Below, piece by piece: positions 58,136 through 64,000 of a stretch of 64,000 nt of DNA. Source of the stretch: Candidatus Uhrbacteria bacterium (GTDB lineage Bacteria; Patescibacteriota; Patescibacteriia; UBA9934); contig CALRGY010000001.1 in NCBI GenBank assembly GCA_943358395.1, positions 8,008 through 72,007 of the forward strand, given 5' to 3'. Every line of letters begins with the position of its first letter. Within the stretch, counting starts at the first letter, position 1. The position numbers were made by a program, and so were the translations under genes. Below the pieces are notes generated by a model that saw nothing but the letters and a program-made list of their open reading frames with translations, was not told the DNA's origin and did not search any database.

Positions 58136-58990
58136 ATGCTCAAGTCTGGAATGGTTGCGATTGTGGGACGTTCCAATGTGGGAAAATCCACGTTAATCAA
58201 TACGCTCGTTGGTACAAAGGTTGCGATTACCACACCAAAGCCACAAACAACTCGTAGACCTATACAGGGTATCATTACGCGCCAAGAGGGGCAGGTGGTG
58301 TTTGTGGATACTCCTGGCATCATGCAAAAGGCGCGCGACACATTGACGAATAAGCTCAATGCGTACGCCAAGGATTCGCTTCGTGACGTGAATGCTGTCA
58401 TGTACGTCGTCGATCCTACACGTCCCATCGGCGATGAAGAAAAGCAAGCGTTCCGACTCGTCGAAAAAATCACTACCCCAAAATTGCTCGTCATCAACAA
58501 AATCGACGACAAGGCGTCAAAAAACTTCATCGACTACTACCGCGATCTCGCAACGAAATTCGATGCATATGTGGAGGTATCGGCAATGACATCGAAAAAT
58601 ACCGATCTCATCGAGAAGTGGATTTGGGAACAGATGCCAGAAGGCGAATTTTTGTACCCTGAATTCCAACTGACCAGTATGGGCAACGAGGAATGGCTTG
58701 CGGAATTGATCCGTGAAAAACTCTTTCTCCGATTACGAGAAGAGGTTCCCTACTCAACCCACGTTGAAGTGAATAGCATCGATATTCAAGACAACGGCAC
58801 CGTGTTCGTGGACGCAACCATTTATACGCATTCCGAACGGTACAAGCCGATGATCATCGGTGCGGGCGGGCGGGGCATTAAAGAGATTGGTCAGTCGACG
58901 CGTCGGGAGCTGGAGACGGTGACGGGGAAGAAGTACTTTCTTCAGTTGCAGGTTGCGGTTGACTCTCGGTGGGTGGAGCGGATGGAGTAG
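58136..58990 (+). CDS. era: GTPase Era
   Basis: G1 GRSNVGKST, G3 DTPG, G4 NKID and a C-terminal KH domain. Confidence 0.88.
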   Translation: MLKSGMVAIVGRSNVGKSTLINTLVGTKVAITTPKPQTTRRPIQGIITRQEGQVVFVDTPGIMQKARDTLTNKLNAYAKDSLRDVNAVMYVVDPTRPIGDEEKQAFRLVEKITTPKLLVINKIDDKASKNFIDYYRDLATKFDAYVEVSAMTSKNTDLIEKWIWEQMPEGEFLYPEFQLTSMGNEEWLAELIREKLFLRLREEVPYSTHVEVNSIDIQDNGTVFVDATIYTHSERYKPMIIGAGGRGIKEIGQSTRRELETVTGKKYFLQLQVAVDSRWVERME

Positions 58991-59189
58991 GTTCAGCAGA
59001 ATCCGACTGAATAATATCGTAAATCGCCTGAACCTTTTCCATAGTCTTCTGGGCGCTTTCAATGGCTGCGGATATTTCCGCAGCTTTTGTTTTTACCGAA
59101 TCCGTCACCGCATGAATCGAAGCAACAGCATCATCCGTGCAGCCAGCACCGAGGAGAGTGAATAGAGTAATGATGAAAATGTATTTCAT
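58878..59189 (-). CDS. small lipoprotein candidate
   Basis: MKYIFIITLFTLLGAGC lipobox followed by a low-complexity P/S/T tail; overlaps the era 3' end by 112 bp convergently, so it is uncertain. Confidence 0.3.
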   Translation of the reverse strand: MKYIFIITLFTLLGAGCTDDAVASIHAVTDSVKTKAAEISAAIESAQKTMEKVQAIYDIIQSDSAEPTPSAPPTESQPQPATEESTSSPSPSPAPDASTDQSL

Positions 59190-59283
59190 AGTATTGCATC
59201 CCAGACCCTGAGCGCAGCGAAGGGTCTCGCATGGGACTACGGTATGCTCATTTGGGATCCTTCCTATCGTCAGGATCTGGGCT

Positions 59284-59574
59284 TCATGTTCTCGATTCTC
59301 CAATCCCCGCCACTTTCTCCCCCTTTGCCCAGGCCGTCACCGTTACCTCATCGCTGGAGCCACAGATAAAAGCTTTTGTTTCCGTGTTATAAAAAAATGG
59401 CACACCACCGCACAAACCATCATCAATAGCTTCAAGACGCTTGGCATTCTCCGCATTATTCCAAACCTCCAGCTTTTCAATGGTGATTCCGAGGTCGGAT
59501 TCGATCTTCTCGATCATCGGCTTCATTTCAACGCAGTGCGGACACGTGTCACCGTAGAATTCAAGGAGAGACAT
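59284..59574 (-). CDS. thioredoxin/glutaredoxin-like small redox protein
   Basis: CPHC active site in MSLLEFYGDTCPHCVEMKP; start taken at the internal ATG 59574 because the upstream codons lie in repeat copy 10. Confidence 0.65.
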   Translation of the reverse strand: MSLLEFYGDTCPHCVEMKPMIEKIESDLGITIEKLEVWNNAENAKRLEAIDDGLCGGVPFFYNTETKAFICGSSDEVTVTAWAKGEKVAGIGESRT

Positions 59575-59585
59575 AATAATTACAT

Positions 59586-59711
59586 TAAAGGTTTTTTCAT
59601 TTTGTCTCTTTTCGGCTTGCTGCGTCGCAAATTCGTTCAACGTACCGTTAAGTACGTCTCACGAACTTTGCTCCTTGCGCACCGAAAATAGCCTAAAATG
59701 AGAAAACCTCA
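59586..59711. repeat. 125-bp palindromic dispersed element, copy 10
   Basis: aggttttttcattttgtctcttttcggcttgc...cgttcaacgtaccgttaagtacgtctcacg...aaaatgagaaaacctca. Confidence 0.8.
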
Positions 59712-59715
59712 CTTC

Positions 59716-60657
59716 TCATGTCACATCACCGAATAAGAATACCTCATTTCGTCGCCGTTCCACGATCCCTTCGTCCACAAGCTTCGCAATCAGTGTTGTA
59801 AAACGCTGTTCATCGATGTCGTTCATCGGCGATCGTGCGCGTAATGCCTTCAGTGTCATCGATCCTTCACGTAATGCGTCAACGATGCGTCCGCGGAAGT
59901 AGCGATCGGTGCGTTCAAAGGGAATCGGAACCCCCTCCTTACTCCCCCTTTGCAGGGGGAGGGTACGCAACTGTTTCGGTTCCCTTCCTCCATGAAGTGG
60001 GGCTAATGGGCATAGTCCCCAGATATGACCTCGCGCCGAGCAATGCAGTGCGCCGATATCCATGAGCGCATGGTTCCATGTCCATACATCGCTGGGTCGA
60101 ATCAATTGCGCCAATTGCTGCATCGATTTCGGGTCGGATTTGTGCCGAGGAAATACTCGGCGGAAGATTCTCAGAATATTCGTATCCACCGGTGCGGCAT
60201 TGGGATTATGAAACGCAAACGCCGCAATGGCATTCGCGGTGTAGTCACCGATTCCTGGGAGCTGCTTCATCGCATGAATATCATTAGGAAGTTCTCCTCC
60301 AAGCTCGATCACCGCCTTCGCAAGCCGATGCAGCATAACGGCACGACGGTTGTACCCCAGCCCTTGCCATAATCGGAGCACATCGGCAGTGGATGCTGCG
60401 GCGAGGTCTGCCCACGTTGGAAATGCAAGTAAAAACGCTCGCCACTTTGGAATAACGCGATCGACTTGCGTTTGCTGCAGCATCATTTCTGAAAGCGCAA
60501 TAGCATACGGATCCGTGGTTCTTCGCCACGGCAAATCTCGCTTGTGTGCCGCAAACCATTCAAAGACGATGACGTAAAACCGTTCAACGCGCCCATTTGT
60601 AGAACGCTTTGACGCTTTCACTTTCCGTGTTGAATTCGATGGGTTTCGGGTTTTCAT
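59716..60657 (-). CDS. MutY/Nth-family HhH-GPD DNA glycosylase with Fe-S loop
   Basis: HhH motif LPGIGDYTANAIAAFAF, the Fe-S ligand region HCSARGHIWGLCP and a C-terminal extension. Confidence 0.7.
   Translation of the reverse strand: MKTRNPSNSTRKVKASKRSTNGRVERFYVIVFEWFAAHKRDLPWRRTTDPYAIALSEMMLQQTQVDRVIPKWRAFLLAFPTWADLAAASTADVLRLWQGLGYNRRAVMLHRLAKAVIELGGELPNDIHAMKQLPGIGDYTANAIAAFAFHNPNAAPVDTNILRIFRRVFPRHKSDPKSMQQLAQLIRPSDVWTWNHALMDIGALHCSARGHIWGLCPLAPLHGGREPKQLRTLPLQRGSKEGVPIPFERTDRYFRGRIVDALREGSMTLKALRARSPMNDIDEQRFTTLIAKLVDEGIVERRRNEVFLFGDVT
59931..59968. repeat. 36-bp G/C palindromic motif, in-frame inside the MutY-like CDS
   Basis: ccccctccttactccccctttgcagggggagggtacgc; encodes LPLQRGSKEGVP on the minus strand. 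Confidence 0.7.
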
Positions 60658-61195
60658 ACGGCGGCAGTGTGTTAAAGCTCATCGAGGAACCCGCTTCGCA
60701 CTCCTCGACCCCCTCCGACTCCCCCTTGGCAGGGGGAGGGTTCACGACGGATACGGTCGATTCCATCGCAAGGACATCAACCCGGTACAACCATCCATAA
60801 TTCACTAAGGTCATAGTTCCTGCTGTGGTGAAGTGAAGATCGCGTACGTCGATGATGACGGAACCCTTTACAACGATTCGCCCGCCATACAACGCCAGCT
60901 CCTCCTTCCCCTCACGATCATTAATCACCACCAGGCTCGTGCCGTCGTCCATCCAAATCGTTGATGAACCAAACGCCACTTTCATCATCGATGAACACGA
61001 CAAAACATTCTGCCGCGAAACATCAACGCTTTCACATCCAAGATCGGTGGATGGTGCCGTCTGACTCACAATCGTAATCACAGATCGTGGACGATACCCA
61101 TCTCCCCCGGCAAAGCGCGCATCAAAATGCCTGCCAATCAACAGTGCCATCGAAAGCACAACAATCACACCGATGATCCATCGATTAGAGTTCAT
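60584..61195 (-). CDS. membrane-anchored hypothetical protein
   Basis: N-terminal TM anchor; 203 aa; its 3' region overlaps the MutY-like start by 74 bp. Confidence 0.35.
   Translation of the reverse strand: MNSNRWIIGVIVVLSMALLIGRHFDARFAGGDGYRPRSVITIVSQTAPSTDLGCESVDVSRQNVLSCSSMMKVAFGSSTIWMDDGTSLVVINDREGKEELALYGGRIVVKGSVIIDVRDLHFTTAGTMTLVNYGWLYRVDVLAMESTVSVVNPPPAKGESEGVEECEAGSSMSFNTLPPYENPKPIEFNTESESVKAFYKWAR
60709..60746. repeat. 36-bp G/C palindromic motif, second copy, in-frame inside the hypothetical CDS
   Basis: ccccctccgactcccccttggcagggggagggttcacg; encodes NPPPAKGESEGV on the minus strand, in the same phase as copy 1. Confidence 0.7.
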
Positions 61196-62564
61196 ACGTT
61201 TGCGTCACCCGAGGAATCTCCGCTGCGATTCCGAGCTCGGTACGAAGATGCTCCGCAAACGCTTCTTTGATGCCTCCCTCACCATGCACCAGAAAAACAC
61301 GCTTCGGCAACACTCCACTCCCCCGCACAAACGTCGTTAATTTCTTTTGGTCGCCGTGGGCAGAAAACGCATCGATCGTCAGTACCTCGGCGCGTACCGT
61401 ATGTTTTTCCCCGTAAATATTCACCTCCGTTACGCCGTTCTGAATCTTTCGCCCCAACGTATGATCTGCCTGGTACCCAATAATCAGCACGCCCGATTTC
61501 TCATCGCTGATGTACCGCGCAAGATGATGCAGCACGCGCCCGCCCGTCATCATGCCGTTGCCCGCAATAATCACCTTTGGGCGAACATCGTCGTTAATCA
61601 CCTTCGATGCATCCGTGGAAAGCGTCTCAGTGAGCGATGGAAAGCGGAACCAATCATCATCCTTCCCCGGTGCAGCGGGATGGGTAAATGAAAGATAGTC
61701 ATGAAAAAATCGATACAACTCCGTGGCACGAATAGCAAGCGGGCTATCGAGGTAAATTGGTACCACTGTAATTTCGCCACGTTGGAACAGTTGATCCAGC
61801 GCAAAAAGCACTTCCTGTGTGCGCTCTACGGAAAACGCCGGAATAATCACCGTACCGTTTCTCCCAATCACCTTTTTGACGAAATCGGCAAGCATCGGCT
61901 CACGCACCGCAACCGGGTCATGATCCTTGGCACCATACGTCGATTCACAAATCAGCACATCTGCATCTGGCCGCGCCTCAGTATCTGGAAGAATCGGCAC
62001 GTCGTCGTTTCCAATGTCGCCGCTAAAAATGAACGTCTTTTGTTCCCCAGCATCTTTTACGCTTACGCGAATAAACGATGATCCCAAAATATGGCCCGCA
62101 TTGAAAAATTCAACCGTCACCCCCGGTAATACCACGGTAGGATGGTGATACGGCACCGCCACCACGCGTTCGAGCATGGCAGGAACATCTTCCTTTTCAT
62201 ACACCACAGGATCGCCGCATTTTCTTGCATTCTCTGCCATGACTCGCACCGAATCCTCAAGAACAAGTTGGGTCAGCGCCTTCGTGGGCGGTGTCATAAA
62301 AATCTTCCCCGCAAAGCCCTGCTTCACCACATCCGGCAAACGCCCCGTATGATCAAAATGTGCATGCGTCACCACCACGGCATCAACGGCATTCGGCGTA
62401 AACCCAAATGCTTCTAAATTTTTTGTGGAGCACATACGTTCCCCCTGATGCATTCCGCAGTCAATCAACAGCTTTCCCTGGGCTGTTTCGAGCAAAAAGC
62501 ACGAACCAGTCACGCTTTCTACCGCACCGTAGAATGTCAGCCTCATATACAGTGATGGTACCAT
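61185..62564 (-). CDS. beta-CASP / metallo-beta-lactamase-fold ribonuclease (RNase J / CPSF-like)
   Basis: HxHxDH motif (THAHFDHTG), then beta-CASP blocks and a C-terminal His. Confidence 0.7.
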   Translation of the reverse strand: MVPSLYMRLTFYGAVESVTGSCFLLETAQGKLLIDCGMHQGERMCSTKNLEAFGFTPNAVDAVVVTHAHFDHTGRLPDVVKQGFAGKIFMTPPTKALTQLVLEDSVRVMAENARKCGDPVVYEKEDVPAMLERVVAVPYHHPTVVLPGVTVEFFNAGHILGSSFIRVSVKDAGEQKTFIFSGDIGNDDVPILPDTEARPDADVLICESTYGAKDHDPVAVREPMLADFVKKVIGRNGTVIIPAFSVERTQEVLFALDQLFQRGEITVVPIYLDSPLAIRATELYRFFHDYLSFTHPAAPGKDDDWFRFPSLTETLSTDASKVINDDVRPKVIIAGNGMMTGGRVLHHLARYISDEKSGVLIIGYQADHTLGRKIQNGVTEVNIYGEKHTVRAEVLTIDAFSAHGDQKKLTTFVRGSGVLPKRVFLVHGEGGIKEAFAEHLRTELGIAAEIPRVTQTYEL

Positions 62565-62617
62565 GGCAGCTTTTTCCTTGCCTTCTTCTCTCCCGTCGAC
62601 TTACACTAGGCACTTCT

Positions 62618-63589
62618 ATGAGTGCTATTGATTGGAAAAGCCTTGAACGCCCCATTATCGCATTGTCGCCCATGGCAGACATGACGGATAGTGCTTTTTG
62701 CCGAACAGTACGAAAGGTTACCGGTACCCACGCGCTCATCATGTTCCGCGAAATGGTGTCTTCAGAGGCCGTGGTGCGCAAAAACGACAAAACTCTTGGC
62801 ATGACTGCCATTCACCCAGATGAACGCCCACTGGTGCAGCAAATCTTTGGCAGCGATCCGGCAACCATGGCAGAAGCAGTACGCATCATCGAAGCCGAGC
62901 ACGCACCCGAAGGCTTTGACGTGAACATGGGCTGCCCGGTGTATAAAATCGTGCATAATTTTAACGGTGCTGCACTGATGAAGGAGCCGGAACGTGCGGC
63001 TGCCATCGTGAAAGCGATGAAAAGTGCAACGCAGCTCCCGGTATCAATCAAGATCAGATTAGGATGGAGCGATCCTACGGAAGCGATCACCTTCGCAAAA
63101 GTTCTCGAAGATGCTGGCGCAGATCTCATTACCGTCCATGGAAGAACCCGCATGCAAGGATATTCCGGCGTTGCAGATTGGGATATGATTCGCAAGGTGA
63201 AACACGCCGTGTCCATTCCGGTATTATGTAATGGTGACGTCCACAAAGCAGAACTGATTCCCCAAGCCCTCGCAACATCGGAATGCGACGGCGTGCTCAT
63301 TGCCCGAGGCGCACTGGGAAACCCGTGGATCTTTAAAGACTTCCAAAGTATCGCCAAAGGAAATACACCAGATCCGATCACCATCAAAGAACGGGTTCGC
63401 GTCGTCAAACAACACCTCGCGCTTCACATCGAGCAGTACGGCGCAGAATCAGTGACCACATTTCGTAAACATCTCTCGTGGTATTTCAAAGGCATTCCCC
63501 ATGTGAAGCCACATCGTGAGAAGATGATGACGGTAAAAACGCAGGAGGAACTCGATGTCATTCTCGATGGGATCGGTATAAACATTTAA
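62618..63589 (+). CDS. tRNA-dihydrouridine synthase
   Basis: Dus blocks LSPMADMTD, FDVNMGCP and HGRTR. Confidence 0.8.
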   Translation: MSAIDWKSLERPIIALSPMADMTDSAFCRTVRKVTGTHALIMFREMVSSEAVVRKNDKTLGMTAIHPDERPLVQQIFGSDPATMAEAVRIIEAEHAPEGFDVNMGCPVYKIVHNFNGAALMKEPERAAAIVKAMKSATQLPVSIKIRLGWSDPTEAITFAKVLEDAGADLITVHGRTRMQGYSGVADWDMIRKVKHAVSIPVLCNGDVHKAELIPQALATSECDGVLIARGALGNPWIFKDFQSIAKGNTPDPITIKERVRVVKQHLALHIEQYGAESVTTFRKHLSWYFKGIPHVKPHREKMMTVKTQEELDVILDGIGINI

Positions 63590-63600
63590 CGGGCACCGTA

Positions 63601-64000
63601 TGCGAATTGGAATCTTGAGCTTCGTCACCAAAAAAGAATTTATCGCCGTAGGAACGGCAAGCATCATCGCGGAAGCAAAGCAACGGGGGCACAGTGTGAA
63701 AATGCTGTATGCGCAGAACGTTGGACTTATCTTCGGCAACGGAAAAACACTCACATACAAAGGCGACGTGCTGAACGCAGAAGATCTGGATGTGATTCTC
63801 GTTCGCCCAGGATTCACTGCCGATCCTAGCGTGAACGCCTCCATCATTAAACAATTCCAGCTTGCCGGCTTTTACGTCATCAATACATACATCGGCGTGT
63901 TCCGTGCAAAGAACAAAATTCGTACGCTCCAGATGTTGAATCATTTTGGCCTTCCGGTTCCCCGCACGCACGTGGTGGGCGACGCATCACTTTTAAAAAT
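63601..64000 (+). CDS. RimK-like ATP-grasp ligase (5' part; continues beyond the window)
   Basis: MRIGILS...; pre-ATP-grasp N-terminal domain; no stop codon before the window ends. Confidence 0.5.

Overview
This 64-kb window looks like a streamlined, gene-dense bacterial chromosome segment; assigning it to a CPR/Patescibacteria-like organism is inference only. Gene-content clues are a DciA-like DUF721 helicase loader, a PriA-like protein lacking helicase motifs, a PduL-type phosphotransacylase, a short AlaS and an RpoA that ends after the N-terminal domain, plus clusters of secreted proteins and glycosyltransferases. Most of the window is housekeeping: mreB-mreC-mreD-PBP2, greA, lysS, serS, alr, gltX, clpB, def-fmt, a ribosomal/rpoA/infA block (rpsI, rplM, rplQ, rpoA, rpsD, rpsK, rpsM, rpmJ, infA), alaS, murJ, era, a Dus-like protein, one tRNA-Arg(CCG), and envelope glycan genes (a GT4+GT2 fusion, a Wzx-like flippase, GT2, TagA-like, two DUF218 proteins). 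Four things are not explained by ordinary annotation. First, ten copies of a ~125-bp imperfect-palindrome element sit in intergenic gaps and often supply or abut stop codons; each copy's two ends covary to stay self-complementary. Second, two diverged inverted copies of a ~0.9-kb composite element are present (47745-48600 and 56022-56950), each with a G-rich tandem-repeat arm, a conserved non-coding ~400-bp core and a C-rich arm. Third, a pair of secreted/lipoprotein genes (25658-27098 and 27388-28092) share a duplicated promoter plus hairpin and a C8 homopolymer tract; in the first gene the tract lies inside the reading frame and the gene is out of frame by exactly one C. Fourth, a 36-bp palindromic motif occurs in-frame inside two adjacent CDSs. 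Other notable genes are a CarF/TMEM189-like lipid desaturase translationally coupled to clpB, a zeta-toxin-like kinase, a HicAB-like pair and a MopE-motif metal-binding lipoprotein. All functional calls come from motif recognition in the supplied translations; no database searches were run.
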